From Anaerolineales bacterium (GTDB lineage Bacteria > Chloroflexota > Anaerolineae > Anaerolineales > E44-bin32): 64,000 nucleotides of DNA. The stretch's first letter is position 1, and each line of letters starts with the position of its first letter. Both the position numbers and the translations under genes were made by a program. Below the pieces are notes generated by a model that ran no database searches, was not told the origin of the DNA, and was given only the letters and a program-made list of their open reading frames with translations. The stretch lies in contig JARGGH010000004.1 in the NCBI GenBank assembly GCA_029210945.1, positions 50,454 to 114,453 of the forward strand, given 5' to 3'. This document shows positions 1 to 10,512 of this stretch, piece after piece.

Positions 1-491
1 CAAAGGCCGCCTGGCGGAAATCATCCAGCAGGCGTTCGTAGCGCAGCCCGTTCACCGTTACGCGCAGGCCGCGGCGCAGCTCATCGACCCACCGCAGGTC
101 AATCCACAGCCGCTCTTCAGGCAGGATGGGTAGAATGCGTTCCGGCCATTCAATAACCATCGGGCCGCGACCGTCGAACAGCTCCTCGAGCCCAAGCAGC
201 ATCGCTTCGGTGGCGTTCTCAAGCCGGAACGCGTCGACGTGGTAGAACACGCCCCGATCGGCGCGGCGGTACTCATTGATCAGGACGTATGTAGGGCTGG
301 TGACCGGATCAAGCGCCCCCCAGCCCCTGGCGATACCCTGGACCATCGTGGTTTTCCCTGAACCGAGATCCCCGGCGAGACCCACAATATGCCCGGGCTC
401 CAGAAATTCGCCCAGGCGAACACCAAACCGCCGGGTTTGCTCCGGGCTGTGGCTCAGGAAATCGAGGCTCTGTCCTTCTAAAATCGGCATC
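1..491 (-). CDS. tsaE: tRNA threonylcarbamoyladenosine biosynthesis ATPase TsaE (YjeE); ORF runs off the window start
   Basis: Own minus-strand translation from the ATG at 489-491: MPILEGQSLDFLSH...VGLAGDLGSGKTT (P-loop)...YHVDAFRLE. The frame is open to position 1. It is absent from the ORF track because it has no stop in the window. Confidence 0.7.
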
Positions 492-587
492 TTGACCCGC
501 GATTATACGCCAGCGGATAGGGCCCTACAAGCAATGACGCCTGCAGTACTACTTCCATTCCACAGTGGAAAGTGTTAACATGTCCCC

Positions 588-1316
588 ATGCGCGTGCTCG
601 TCATCTCTGACATTCATGCAAACCTCACCGCGCTCGAAGCTGTGCTGGATGCGGCGCCAACTCATGACGCCGTCTGGTGCCTGGGCGATCTTGTGGGTTA
701 CGGACCCGACCCGAATGAGTGCGTGGAGCGTGTGAGCCGGCTGGAAGAACTGGTCTGCCTGATCGGAAACCACGACCAGGCCGCGATGGGACAGATCCCC
801 CGATCGAGGTTCAACCGCGATGCTGGATCCGTCATCGCATGGACCGAATCCGCACTGACCGATCAAACTCGCGCCTTCCTCGACACCCTCCCGAGCCGGG
901 TCACGATGGATAACTTCACGCTCGCCCACGGCAGCCCCAACCAACCCGTATGGGAATACATCCTCGATCCCGTCACGGCGGATCGCAATTTCGAGGCGAT
1001 GAAAACAGACTACGCGCTGGTCGGCCACTCACACCTTCCACTGATTTTTCAGCGGCCATTTGACACGTCCTACGCCTCGCTGCGCCCGATTCAATGGGAT
1101 GAAGCGATGCCGCTCTCCCCGCGCATGATCCTCAACCCGGGTTCGGTTGGCCAGCCGCGCGACGGCGACCCGCGCGCCTCGTTTGCCATGCTCGATACGG
1201 AGGATGAAACCTGGGAGATGTGCAGAGCGGAGTACAACGTTAACGAAGTGCAGCTGCGCATTCTTGAGGCTGGTTTACCCGAACGACAGGCGCTGCGGTT
1301 GATCGGCGGCTGGTAG
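588..1316 (+). CDS. calcineurin-like metallophosphoesterase (YfcE/MJ0936-like)
   Basis: The 242-aa ORF has the DIHAN...GDLVGYG...GNHD motifs typical of metallophosphatases. Confidence 0.75.
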   Translation: MRVLVISDIHANLTALEAVLDAAPTHDAVWCLGDLVGYGPDPNECVERVSRLEELVCLIGNHDQAAMGQIPRSRFNRDAGSVIAWTESALTDQTRAFLDTLPSRVTMDNFTLAHGSPNQPVWEYILDPVTADRNFEAMKTDYALVGHSHLPLIFQRPFDTSYASLRPIQWDEAMPLSPRMILNPGSVGQPRDGDPRASFAMLDTEDETWEMCRAEYNVNEVQLRILEAGLPERQALRLIGGW

Positions 1317-1389
1317 CCGGGAACAAATTTTCCCTTTTTCCCGTCTTTATGGGTAGCAGGTCAAACACTAAGATGGGAGTAGCCACACC

Positions 1390-2307
1390 ATGAAAAAAAT
1401 TCTACCGATCGTCTTGATAATCATCACAATGTTCGTCATCAGCGCCTGTGCAGGCGCATCCTATCCAGCCTCGGCCCCCGAGCTTGAGACCATGCCGGGC
1501 GTCGCCGTAAGCGACATGGCCTTTGAAGAATCGGCGGAACCAGGGCGTTCGACATTCAGCGCCGACCGCGCCTCCCAAAACCAGGTTGAGGAACGACTGG
1601 TCATCCGCAATGCTAACCTCACACTTGTTGTGGAGAGCCCCGCGGATTCTGTTGCAGAGATCAGCGCACTCGCCGAAACGATGGGCGGCTTCGTCGTCTC
1701 CTCAAACGTCTACGAATCAACATTCGATCAGGGTGTGCGCGCCACCCGCGCCAGCATCACGGTGCGCATCCCGGCTGAGCGATTGAACGAAGCGCTGTCT
1801 GAGATCAAAGCCGGCGCGGTCGAGGTACGCTCGGAAAACATCAGCGGGGAGGATGTCACCCAGGAGTACACGGACCTGCAGTCCCGCCTGCGAAACCTTG
1901 AAGCTGCAGAAGAGGAATTGCGCGAGATCATGGGCTCACTCACCAAAGCCGAAGATGTGCTGCGGGTTTACGAGAGCCTGCGCCAGGTGCGTGAGGAGAT
2001 CGAAATCATCAAGGGTCGCATGCAGTATTTCGAACAATCGGCGAGGCTTTCAGCCGTCACGATCGAGCTGCTGCCGGATGTCGTCTCGCAACCGCTGCAG
2101 ATCGGTCGCTGGCAGCCCGAAGGGACGGCAAAAGAAGCCTTCGAGACCGTCATCCGGGCGTTCCAATTTCTTGCCGACGCCGCAATCTGGTTTGTGATCC
2201 TTGTGCTCCCGATCCTCTTCCTGCTATCGCTGCCGTTCTGGGTTATCCGCTGGTTTGTCATCAAACGCCGAGCGCGCAAACAATCCCGGGGATCTGAAGA
2301 AGAATAG
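1390..2307 (+). CDS. DUF4349-like lipoprotein with C-terminal TM anchor
   Basis: N-terminal signal peptide with lipobox (VISAC), a coiled-coil middle region and a C-terminal hydrophobic helix (WFVILVLPILFLLSL). An AGGA-like RBS (ggagtag) precedes the ATG. Confidence 0.55.
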   Translation: MKKILPIVLIIITMFVISACAGASYPASAPELETMPGVAVSDMAFEESAEPGRSTFSADRASQNQVEERLVIRNANLTLVVESPADSVAEISALAETMGGFVVSSNVYESTFDQGVRATRASITVRIPAERLNEALSEIKAGAVEVRSENISGEDVTQEYTDLQSRLRNLEAAEEELREIMGSLTKAEDVLRVYESLRQVREEIEIIKGRMQYFEQSARLSAVTIELLPDVVSQPLQIGRWQPEGTAKEAFETVIRAFQFLADAAIWFVILVLPILFLLSLPFWVIRWFVIKRRARKQSRGSEEE

Positions 2308-2374
2308 GTCGAGATTTGCACAAACCAAAAGAGCCCGCGAAATCGCGGGCTCTTTGTTTCTAGTTTTACCTGAA

Positions 2375-3145
2375 TCATGTGCTCTGGATCGCGCCGCGCA
2401 CTTTCGCGGCTAAATCCCCGAACCTCCGCGTGTAGGTCAGCTCCAGAGATCTCGGCCGCGTGAGCCTGACCGAGAGGTCGAGCACGATCGAGGCGGGACG
2501 GGCGCTCAGGACCAGAACCCGGTCAGCGAGCAGAACGGCTTCAGATATCGAATGCGTGACCATCACGACGGTGCTCTTCGAAGCCTCCCAGATGCGCAGC
2601 AGCTCCGTCCCCATTCTTTCGCGGGTCAGCGCGTCCAGCTGACCGAATGGCTCGTCCATCAGCAGCAGATCCGGCTGGTGGGCGAGGGCGCGTGCGATCG
2701 CCACGCGCTGCGCCATCCCGCCCGATAAGTCGCGCGGCAAGCTCTCCTCAAACCCCACCAACCCGACCAGATCGATCAGTTCCTCACAGCGTTTTCGAAT
2801 AAACTCCGGCGAAGCTCCGGTTATCTCCAGCGGCAGGCAAATGTTGTCGACCGTCGACCGCCAGGGCATCAGGTTTGATTCCTGGAAGACAAAACCGATC
2901 CGGCGGCGTGGGCGCGCCAGAGCCTGGCCTTCGAAGATCACTGCGCCTCTGCTTGGCTCCAGCAATCCACCCAGGACCCGCAGCAAGGTCGTCTTTCCAC
3001 ATCCGGAAGGCCCCACGATGCATACAAATTCGTTCGCTTTCACATCGAAGGAAATATCTTCCAGGACGCGCAGACCAAGATCACCATCGGGGAAGGTGAC
3101 GTACAAGCTCTCAGCATGGAGGATCGCCGCGTTTGACGTCATCAC
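2375..3145 (-). CDS. ABC transporter ATP-binding protein, NitT/TauT (SsuB/ThiZ-like) family
   Basis: Walker A GPSGCGKTT, an LSGGM signature and Walker B LLLMDEPF. Confidence 0.85.
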   Translation of the reverse strand: MMTSNAAILHAESLYVTFPDGDLGLRVLEDISFDVKANEFVCIVGPSGCGKTTLLRVLGGLLEPSRGAVIFEGQALARPRRRIGFVFQESNLMPWRSTVDNICLPLEITGASPEFIRKRCEELIDLVGLVGFEESLPRDLSGGMAQRVAIARALAHQPDLLLMDEPFGQLDALTRERMGTELLRIWEASKSTVVMVTHSISEAVLLADRVLVLSARPASIVLDLSVRLTRPRSLELTYTRRFGDLAAKVRGAIQST

Positions 3146-4129
3146 TCAGGGAAGGTATTCATTTGTGAAAGCATCTTCCAACTGCAGCGGTTCGGTCAGC
3201 AGCCCCATATCCAGAAGTACAGTCTGCATGTTTTCCCAGGCAGCCGTATCGGAGAACCCGATCGTCTCGTTCTGCCAGAATGGCAAACTGCGCTCGAGGA
3301 TCGCGCGCTGAACATCGGTATTGGCTTCCGTCAGTCCCTCGACATAGAGACCACAGATCTCGTAAGCACCATCCGGATCGGCAATCGTCGCCTGAACACC
3401 CTGCGCGAGCGCGCTCACCATGCGCCGTACCAGGTCTGGCCGCTCACGCAGCGTTTTCTCGTTCGTGATGAGGCCGTTCGAAGCCAGGTGTACATAATCA
3501 GCGACCTTGATCACGTTTACAGGGATACCCAGCTCTTCAAGCTGCACCGGCTCGTTATTGGCGTAAATGACGACTGCATCGTCGAGCCCCTGCGACAGCG
3601 CTTCCACCTGTGTGTATCCAATCGAATCGAGTCGGACGTCATCCTCGGTGAGATCCGCCGAATCGAGCAAGGCTCGAAACCCGATATAGGAAGCGCCGAA
3701 AAGTCCCGGGATGCCCACGCGCTTGCCCTCGAGATCCCCCGGTTCGAGGATTCCGCTCTCCTTGGAAGCCGCGACGGCCACCGGGTAATCCTGCCACCAG
3801 GCCATGACATACACGACCGGCAAGCCCTGCGCCCGCGCCAGGAGGACCTGCTCTCCGGAGACGATTGCGAACTGCAGCTCATCAACGCCGACGAGCTGGA
3901 CCGCCTCCGTCTCCGCCAGGTGATTGAACTCGATCGCCAGACCTTCCTGCGCGGCGTACCCTTTCACGACCGCAACATACATCGGCGCGAATTGCACATC
4001 TGGCCGGTATCCCATCGTCAGGGTGACGGTCTCGAGCGGATCGGCTGCATCAACCAGTGGGGATCCGGACCCACAGGCCGCGAGCAGCTGCACGACGAGC
4101 AACATGGACAGATAGAAGATACGCCTCAT
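3146..4129 (-). CDS. ABC transporter substrate-binding lipoprotein, NMT1/THI5-like (SsuA/ThiY family)
   Basis: Signal peptide plus lipobox (LAACGS). Its stop abuts the ATPase start, so it forms an operon with the permease and ATPase. Confidence 0.75.
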   Translation of the reverse strand: MRRIFYLSMLLVVQLLAACGSGSPLVDAADPLETVTLTMGYRPDVQFAPMYVAVVKGYAAQEGLAIEFNHLAETEAVQLVGVDELQFAIVSGEQVLLARAQGLPVVYVMAWWQDYPVAVAASKESGILEPGDLEGKRVGIPGLFGASYIGFRALLDSADLTEDDVRLDSIGYTQVEALSQGLDDAVVIYANNEPVQLEELGIPVNVIKVADYVHLASNGLITNEKTLRERPDLVRRMVSALAQGVQATIADPDGAYEICGLYVEGLTEANTDVQRAILERSLPFWQNETIGFSDTAAWENMQTVLLDMGLLTEPLQLEDAFTNEYLP

Positions 4130-4142
4130 GATGGATTCCTTT

Positions 4143-4982
4143 CTAGTAACCTGCTGGTGGTTCCCGCCAGCGCAGGAACCACCACTCCAGCGCAGCGACG
4201 AACGTGAACAACGTTAGCGCCAGGACGACCAGCGTGATCACTGCGACATAGACCAGGGTCGTGTCGTAGACACCACGACCGACGTTGATCAAAAAACCAA
4301 GCCCTTGGTCGGCGCCGACCAATTCGCCCACAACCGCACCGATGACGGATAGCGTGGCACCGATTTTAAGACCACCGAGCAGGACCGGCATCGCAGCGGG
4401 TATCTCCAGCTTGGTGAAGATCTGCCAGCGCGTCGCCCGCAGCGATCGCATGAGATCGTACAGGTCCTGCGGAACAGATCGAACGCCGACGATGGTATTA
4501 ATCAGGATCGGGAAGAAGACGATCAACGCGCTGATCATGACCTTCGATATGCGTCCCGGCCCGAACCAGATCACGAGCAGTGGTGCGATCGCGACGACCG
4601 GGATCGACTGTGATGCGACGATGTAGGGTGATAGAATGCGCTCCACCGTTTTTGACTTAGCCAGCAGATAACCCAGCGATGTTGCGAAGATAAAACCCAG
4701 CGATAAGCCGCCAAGGATCTCTGCCAGGGTGGTGCTGGTATGGCGCAGCAGGCTGCCGTCCTGGAGGGCAGCCCACAACCTGCGCGCGACCGCCGCAGGC
4801 GCTGGCAGGATGAACGCCGGAAGGCCGCTCCACCGGCTGGCGGCTTCCCACAGTAAATAGGCACTCAAAATTGAGAGTGGGATCGTCCAGAGAGCATAAC
4901 GGATCTGGCGTTTGCCGTTCCGTGCCCCACTGACTGATTTTGAACGATGCTCCCAGATGGCCATAAAAGAACCCCGCAGCAT
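4143..4982 (-). CDS. ABC transporter permease (SsuC/TauC/ThiX-like)
   Basis: Multi-TM BPD_transp_1-type protein with an EAA-like loop (LRATRWQIFTKLEIPAA). The true start may be the internal Met (MAIWEH). Confidence 0.75.
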   Translation of the reverse strand: MLRGSFMAIWEHRSKSVSGARNGKRQIRYALWTIPLSILSAYLLWEAASRWSGLPAFILPAPAAVARRLWAALQDGSLLRHTSTTLAEILGGLSLGFIFATSLGYLLAKSKTVERILSPYIVASQSIPVVAIAPLLVIWFGPGRISKVMISALIVFFPILINTIVGVRSVPQDLYDLMRSLRATRWQIFTKLEIPAAMPVLLGGLKIGATLSVIGAVVGELVGADQGLGFLINVGRGVYDTTLVYVAVITLVVLALTLFTFVAALEWWFLRWREPPAGY

Positions 4983-5310
4983 TCACGGGGCAGGATCAGG
5001 AGATCATCATCTCCCAAAATAAACAGCTCCGAAGAAGAATATCTCCGGAGCATCACGTGGCGACCCGACGCGTTTATGCGCGGGTCGCTCGCCTTCTATC
5101 ATCCGGACTATACCGTCGGCCCCGGAGTTTCACCGGATCCTGCGCATTTCGCGCTCGCGGGCTCTCACCGCCGGTCGGGAATAAAGCGATCTGCTCGCAC
5201 CCTGCCCCGAAGGCTGATCAATTGGATTGTGATCCACATTATACGACACAACTGCAGGTAGGGGATCACAACCGGACACGCCAAACGTCACATCGCCTGA
5301 CAATCCCGTC

Positions 5311-5336
5311 AAATTAAAAAGACCCCGCAGGGTCTT
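5311..5336 (-). terminator. rho-independent terminator downstream of phoU
   Basis: Hairpin gaccc-cgca-gggtc at 5321-5334, read on the minus strand followed by TTTTTAATTT. Confidence 0.5.
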
Positions 5337-5363
5337 CTCATCACAAGCGGATCAGATCAGAAT

Positions 5364-6053
5364 TCAGACGTTCAGTTCTTCCACATCCCCAGTGCTCATG
5401 AACACGACCCGCTCGGCGATATTCGTGACCCGGTCGCCGATGCGCTCGAGGTTGTGCGCCGTCCAGAGCAGGTAGGTCGCCCGCTCGACACCCTGCGGAT
5501 TGCGAGCCATGATCTCCACGAGCTCCTCAAAGATGGCGCGATAGAGAAAATCCATCTCCTCATCACGCGGAGCAATCGCTTGGGCCGCCTCCGGGTCGAC
5601 GTCGACAAACGCCTTCAGGCTCCCGCGCAGCATTTCGACGGCCAGCTTCGCCATGCGGGGAATGTCAATCAAGGGTTTCAGCAACGGCTGGTCACCCATC
5701 CGGATCACCGTTTTGGCGATTCCTGATGCATGGTCTCCCATGCGTTCGAGATCGACGACGATGTTCATCGCGGCGATGACTGCCCGGAGGTCGCCGGCAG
5801 CTGGCTGTTGGGTAGCAATTAACGCCAGACAGGCTTCCTCAATTTCGAAGCGGAGCGCGTTCACTTCCGCATCACGCTCCACGACTTCCTGGGCCAGCGC
5901 GGTGTCCCGGTTCTGCAGGCTGTTGATCGCATTTTGAACTGCTTCCTCGATCATCGAACCCATCTTCAGGATCGCGTCAACGATCCCGCTGAAGGTTCGA
6001 TCGTATCGTGCACGTAGGCTGCTTTCCATGCTCGCCCCTTCCTCCAGGGTCAT
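5364..6053 (-). CDS. phoU: phosphate signalling/transport regulator PhoU
   Basis: 229 aa with two PhoU repeats ([13 protein letters not shown]... and ...[13 protein letters not shown]). It overlaps the pstB stop by 4 nt. Confidence 0.85.
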   Translation of the reverse strand: MTLEEGASMESSLRARYDRTFSGIVDAILKMGSMIEEAVQNAINSLQNRDTALAQEVVERDAEVNALRFEIEEACLALIATQQPAAGDLRAVIAAMNIVVDLERMGDHASGIAKTVIRMGDQPLLKPLIDIPRMAKLAVEMLRGSLKAFVDVDPEAAQAIAPRDEEMDFLYRAIFEELVEIMARNPQGVERATYLLWTAHNLERIGDRVTNIAERVVFMSTGDVEELNV

Positions 6054-6826
6054 CCAATCCGGCCGGTCACATAAGCTTCGGTGCGTTCTTCTTCCGGTCT
6101 GGTGAAGATCTGCTTCGTTTTGTTGAACTCGACCAGTTCACCCAGCCAGAACAGCCCGGTCATATCCGACACCCGCGCCGCTTGCTGCATATTATGGGTA
6201 ACCACGACGATTGTGTAATCGTCCTTCAATCTGGTCATTAAGTTTTCGATCTCGAGCGTAGCGATCGGATCTAACGCAGAGGTCGGTTCGTCCATCAAGA
6301 TGATCTCAGGTTCGACGGCGAGCGCCCGTGCAATACATAAACGCTGCTGCTCACCTAGTGAGAGACCCAGAGCGTTATCCTGAAGGTGATCCTTTACATC
6401 ATCCCATAAGGCCGCCTGCTTCAAAGAAGCCTCCACACGCATCTCCTCATCCACATGTCCACGAACGAGCCCCATGATGCGAGGGCCGAAGGCGACGTTG
6501 TCATAGACGCTCTGTGGGAACGGATTTGGCTTTTGAAACACCATCCCCACCTTCTGCCGCAAGTCCACCGGATCAAGCCCCGTGGTGTAGATGTCCATAT
6601 CATCGATCAAGATCTGACCATCCAATTTTGTGCCCGGGATCGTGTCGTTCATGCGATTCAGACAGCGCAGGAAAGTCGATTTTCCACAGCCGGATGGCCC
6701 GATCAGGGCCGTAATCTCATGCTCGTGCATCTCCATGGAGATGGCACTGAGCGCCTTGACCTTGCCATAATAAAAGTCCAGATCCAGGACCTTGATTTTG
6801 GGAGTGTGGTTGTCCTCATTCATCAC
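6050..6826 (-). CDS. pstB: phosphate ABC transporter ATP-binding protein PstB (copy 1, divergent from pstSCAB)
   Basis: The PstB-typical N-terminus ([21 protein letters not shown]), Walker [10 protein letters not shown] and an LSGGQQQR-like signature. Confidence 0.9.
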   Translation of the reverse strand: MMNEDNHTPKIKVLDLDFYYGKVKALSAISMEMHEHEITALIGPSGCGKSTFLRCLNRMNDTIPGTKLDGQILIDDMDIYTTGLDPVDLRQKVGMVFQKPNPFPQSVYDNVAFGPRIMGLVRGHVDEEMRVEASLKQAALWDDVKDHLQDNALGLSLGEQQRLCIARALAVEPEIILMDEPTSALDPIATLEIENLMTRLKDDYTIVVVTHNMQQAARVSDMTGLFWLGELVEFNKTKQIFTRPEEERTEAYVTGRIG

Positions 6827-6887
6827 CGCAGATTGTACACTATGAAGCGCAACTTAGATTACTGGCCCGGACAGCGGAGCACCGATG

Positions 6888-6916
6888 TTGAGCGATTCCC
6901 GACAGGCGCGTATAAT
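6888..6916 (+). promoter_or_regulatory. candidate sigma70-like promoter for pstS (TTGAGC-17-TATAAT); the ATG lies 8 nt after the -10 element, suggesting a leaderless mRNA
   Basis: A consensus TATAAT at 6911-6916 and TTGAGC at 6888-6893 with a 17-nt spacer. The lipoprotein-type start ATG is at 6924. Confidence 0.4.
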
Positions 6917-6923
6917 CATTGCC

Positions 6924-7817
6924 ATGCAACGCAGTCTGCCCTGGAAACTCGCTTTCCTCATTCTGATTCCAACACTGATCCTTTATGGTTGCTCCAATCC
7001 TTCGGATGGGGGGGCCGCCTCCGACGTCCCTTCAACGGGCATCGTCAACAAAGGTTCGGATACCATCGTAAACCTGGCGTTGGCCTGGGCGGAAGCCTAT
7101 CAGGTGCTGCACCCCGACGTGCGCATCTCCGTGACCGGCGGTGGATCCGGCACCGGCATCGCGGCACTTGTCAATGGCACGGTCGACATCGCCAACGCCT
7201 CCCGAGCGATGAAGGCTGAAGAAATTGACCAGGCGCTGTCTCAGGGCATCGACCCGGTTGAATTCGTGATCGCGCGTGACGCGATCGCAGTGATCGTAAA
7301 TCCCAATAACCCCGTCCGGCGTCTCACGCTCCAGCAGATCTCAGATATTTACAGCGGAAAGATTAACAACTGGCAAGAGGTTGGCGGTGAGGATCGCCCC
7401 ATCGTGCGCTTGTCACGCGAAACCAATTCGGGCACACATGTCTATTTCCTCGAGAATGTCCTCCGCATGGGTGAAAAAGAGAATCGCACGTTATTTTCCA
7501 GAGACACCCTGCTGCTCCCATCCTCAGAAGGGATCACCTCCGAGGTCCGCCAGAATCCAAATGCGATTGGCTACGATGGTTTAGGGTATGTCACCGAGGA
7601 GGTCAAAGTCATCGCGGTTGCATCCTTCTCCGGTGGCGACTATATTTTCCCTTCGGCGGAATCGGTTAACTCTAAAGAATATCCCATCGCCCGTGATCTC
7701 TACATGTACACAGCCGGCGAGCCCGAGGGCGATGTGGCGGTATTTCTGGAGTGGGTGCTCGGCGGTGAAGCTCAGGATATCGTCAAAGAACTCGGTTTCG
7801 TCCCAATAAGGCCTTGA
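6924..7817 (+). CDS. pstS: phosphate ABC transporter substrate-binding lipoprotein PstS
   Basis: MQRSLPWKLAFLILIPTLILYGCS signal peptide and lipobox. The periplasmic binding-protein fold has a TGGGSGTG motif. The track ORF starts 13 codons earlier at 6885, which is also possible. Confidence 0.85.
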   Translation: MQRSLPWKLAFLILIPTLILYGCSNPSDGGAASDVPSTGIVNKGSDTIVNLALAWAEAYQVLHPDVRISVTGGGSGTGIAALVNGTVDIANASRAMKAEEIDQALSQGIDPVEFVIARDAIAVIVNPNNPVRRLTLQQISDIYSGKINNWQEVGGEDRPIVRLSRETNSGTHVYFLENVLRMGEKENRTLFSRDTLLLPSSEGITSEVRQNPNAIGYDGLGYVTEEVKVIAVASFSGGDYIFPSAESVNSKEYPIARDLYMYTAGEPEGDVAVFLEWVLGGEAQDIVKELGFVPIRP

Positions 7818-7824
7818 GATAATC

Positions 7825-8718
7825 ATGCGACCGATTGGCTGGTCAGAAGTCATCATCACTGCTCTTATCAAGGTGGCCGGTTATTCTGCCATCATCTTCG
7901 TGACCTTGATCTTCACATTCCTGCTGCGCGAAGGCGCCCCAACGCTCTTCGAAGTGCCTCTGGAAGCGCTCGCTCAAACCCGCTGGTACCCGATCGAAGA
8001 TTACTACGGCATCCTGCCCCTGATCGGAGGAAGCCTGATCGTGACGTTCGGGGCGGCCCTCTTCGCAGTCCCGCTGGGCATCGCCACCGCGGTTTACATC
8101 GCTGAAATCGCCCCTCGCTGGGCGCGCGAAATTCTCAAACCGCTCGTTGAAATTCTCGGCGGTTTACCTTCCGTGATGCTTGGTTTTATCGGCATTCTCA
8201 TCATCGTGCCTTTCGTGCGCGAGGCGTTGGATATCCCCACAGGTCTCACCGCATTCACTGGAGCGTTGATCCTGGGCGGGATGGCAATCCCGACCATCGT
8301 GAGCGTCTCGGAGGACGCGCTCGACGCGGTCCCGAAAACGTATCGTGACGCATCCCTGGCGATGGGCGCGACGCCGTGGCAAACGATCTGGCGCGTCACC
8401 CTGCCTGCCGCTCGATCAGGTGTCTTGACCGGTGTGATGCTGGGTGTCGGCCGGGCGATCGGTGAAACGATGACGGTCATGATGGTCACCGGCAACGCGC
8501 CAGTCCTCCCGACCGGTCTGCGATCGCTCTTCTCACCCGTGCGCACGATGACGGCTACCATCGCCGCCGAGATGGGCGAAGTCGCTAACGGCAGCGTCCA
8601 CTACCATGTGCTCTTCTTTATCGGCATCGTCTTGTTTCTCATCTCGTTGATCGTCAACCTGACTGCTGCGAGCGTCGTATTCAAGCAGAGAAAACGTTCC
8701 GAGCGCATCCTGTCTTAG
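7825..8718 (+). CDS. pstC: phosphate ABC transporter permease PstC
   Basis: 6-TM permease with EAA motif region (ASLAMGATPWQTIWRVTLPAA). Confidence 0.9.
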   Translation: MRPIGWSEVIITALIKVAGYSAIIFVTLIFTFLLREGAPTLFEVPLEALAQTRWYPIEDYYGILPLIGGSLIVTFGAALFAVPLGIATAVYIAEIAPRWAREILKPLVEILGGLPSVMLGFIGILIIVPFVREALDIPTGLTAFTGALILGGMAIPTIVSVSEDALDAVPKTYRDASLAMGATPWQTIWRVTLPAARSGVLTGVMLGVGRAIGETMTVMMVTGNAPVLPTGLRSLFSPVRTMTATIAAEMGEVANGSVHYHVLFFIGIVLFLISLIVNLTAASVVFKQRKRSERILS

Positions 8719-8764
8719 CGCCTGGGGTATCGAAGAATGAATTCAGCATCCACATGGATCAGGC

Positions 8765-9643
8765 ATGGATAAGACCTTAAAGTTGGGGACCTCCTCAACA
8801 GCCAAGCGGCGCGTCCAGCGCCTGGGATACGGCCTGATGACGCTGGCCGCCCTCGTCACCGTGCTGCCGATCGTGCTGATCGTGGTTCATATCTATTCGC
8901 AGGGGCTTCCGGCGATCTCCTGGGAGTTCCTGACCGCGTTTCCGAGCGATGGTATGCGTGCAGGAGGCATCCTGCCTGCGTTGGTCGGGACGATCTGGCT
9001 GACGATCGGCACTGCCATCGTCTCGGTACCGCTTGGGATCGGCGCTGCAGTTTACCTCGCCGAATATGCGGCTGATAATCGCTGGACGCGCGCCATCCGG
9101 ATCGCGATCATCAACCTGGCCGGCATCCCCTCGGTGGTGTATGGTCTCTTCGGACTGGGCTTGTTTGTGCTCTTCTTGCAGTTCGGGACAAGTATCATCG
9201 CTGGATCGCTGACGCTGGCGATCATGACGCTGCCGGTGATCATCAGCACCACCGAGGAGGCACTTCGAGCGGTGCCCAACAGCTTCCGCGTGGTGAGCAT
9301 CTCGCTCGGGGGCACGCAGTGGCAGACCATCCGCCGCATCGTGCTCCCCCAGGCGCTCCCCGGGATGCTGACCGGCGTGATCCTCGGCCTCGAACGCGCC
9401 GCCGGCGAGACGGCCCCGATCCTTTTCACCGTCGCCGCGTTTTTCCTGCCGAGACTGCCCTCTTCGATCTTCGATTCAACGATGGCCCTGCCGTATCATC
9501 TCTTCGTGATCTCCACCCAGGTCCCCGGGATGCCGGTTAAGATCCAATACGGCACGGCGGTCGTGCTGCTCAGTTTTGTGCTTGGTATGAACATCATCGC
9601 GACGATCATCCGGTCCCGCGCCCGGGCGAGGAGGCAGTGGTGA
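8765..9643 (+). CDS. pstA: phosphate ABC transporter permease PstA
   Basis: Permease paralog with an SISLGGTQWQTIRRIVLPQALPG motif. Confidence 0.9.
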   Translation: MDKTLKLGTSSTAKRRVQRLGYGLMTLAALVTVLPIVLIVVHIYSQGLPAISWEFLTAFPSDGMRAGGILPALVGTIWLTIGTAIVSVPLGIGAAVYLAEYAADNRWTRAIRIAIINLAGIPSVVYGLFGLGLFVLFLQFGTSIIAGSLTLAIMTLPVIISTTEEALRAVPNSFRVVSISLGGTQWQTIRRIVLPQALPGMLTGVILGLERAAGETAPILFTVAAFFLPRLPSSIFDSTMALPYHLFVISTQVPGMPVKIQYGTAVVLLSFVLGMNIIATIIRSRARARRQW

Positions 9644-10476
9644 CCACAGCAGCCTCCCCCAACACACCTGCCGCAGGTCCGGGTCAAATGGAAAGCCAGG
9701 CTCCCAACGATCAATTTGAAGACACCAAGATCCGCATCCAGGGGTTGAGCGTAGGTTACTCCGACGGCACCGAATCGCTGCAGGATATCAGCCTCGACAT
9801 CCCCGCCAACCAGATTACCGTCCTGTTCGGGCCCTCCGGGGGTGGCAAGTCCACGCTCTTACGCACGATCAATCGCCTCAACGATCTCGCCGATGTCGTC
9901 TCGCTCGAAGGGCGTGTCCTCATCGACGGGGTCGACGTGCTGGACCCCAAACTGGATGTCATTGAACTCCGGCGGCGAGTCGGCATGGTGTTCGCCCGAC
10001 CGGTCGTGCTCCCGATGTCCATCCGCCAGAATCTGACTTACGGGTTGGAATTGAGCGGCGAGAAGGATCCGGGACAATTTGAGGAAGCAGTTGAACGAAG
10101 CCTGAAAGCATCTGCACTCTGGGAGGAAGTCTACGATCGATTGGACGATCCGGCGGTTTCACTCTCCGGTGGCCAACAGCAGCGTCTCTGCCTGGCGAGG
10201 GTGCTCGCGCTCGAACCCGATGTCATCTTGCTGGATGAGCCCACTTCGGGGCTCGATCCAATTTCGACCGGGAAAGTGGAGAGCTCCCTGCAGAAGCTGA
10301 AGCAGGAATATACAATCGTCCTCGTCCCGCACTCGGTTCAGCAAGCCGCCCGGGTTGCAGATTATGCCGCCTTCTTTCTTAACGGGCAGCTCGTCGAGTT
10401 CGGAATGGGCAAAGAACTCTTCGTACACCCGCAAGACTCACGCACCGAGGATTACATCGAAGGGCGCTTTGGCTAA
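9637..10476 (+). CDS. pstB: phosphate ABC transporter ATP-binding protein PstB (copy 2)
   Basis: Walker A GPSGGGKST and signature LSGGQQQRLCLARVLA. It overlaps the pstA stop. Confidence 0.9.
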   Translation: MVTTAASPNTPAAGPGQMESQAPNDQFEDTKIRIQGLSVGYSDGTESLQDISLDIPANQITVLFGPSGGGKSTLLRTINRLNDLADVVSLEGRVLIDGVDVLDPKLDVIELRRRVGMVFARPVVLPMSIRQNLTYGLELSGEKDPGQFEEAVERSLKASALWEEVYDRLDDPAVSLSGGQQQRLCLARVLALEPDVILLDEPTSGLDPISTGKVESSLQKLKQEYTIVLVPHSVQQAARVADYAAFFLNGQLVEFGMGKELFVHPQDSRTEDYIEGRFG

Positions 10477-10512
10477 CCCGCCTGTCCGTGAACAGCTTCC
10501 CCTGGCAAACTG

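Noticed and set aside
276-1028. Track ORFs 276..578(+), 549..1028(-) and 719..913(+)
   Set aside because: They are antisense or alternative-frame overlaps of tsaE and the metallophosphoesterase gene. They are Arg/Pro-rich artefacts of high GC. The same applies to most 60-150-aa overlapping ORFs throughout the track.
4983-5310. Possible TPP riboswitch in the 5' leader of the NMT1/THI5-like (ThiXYZ-like) ABC importer
   Set aside because: I searched both strands for the invariant CUGAGA and the ACCUGAUC...GCGUAGGGA core and did not find them. There is only a CCUGAUC-like fragment. No claim is made. A covariance-model scan (Rfam RF00059) would settle it.
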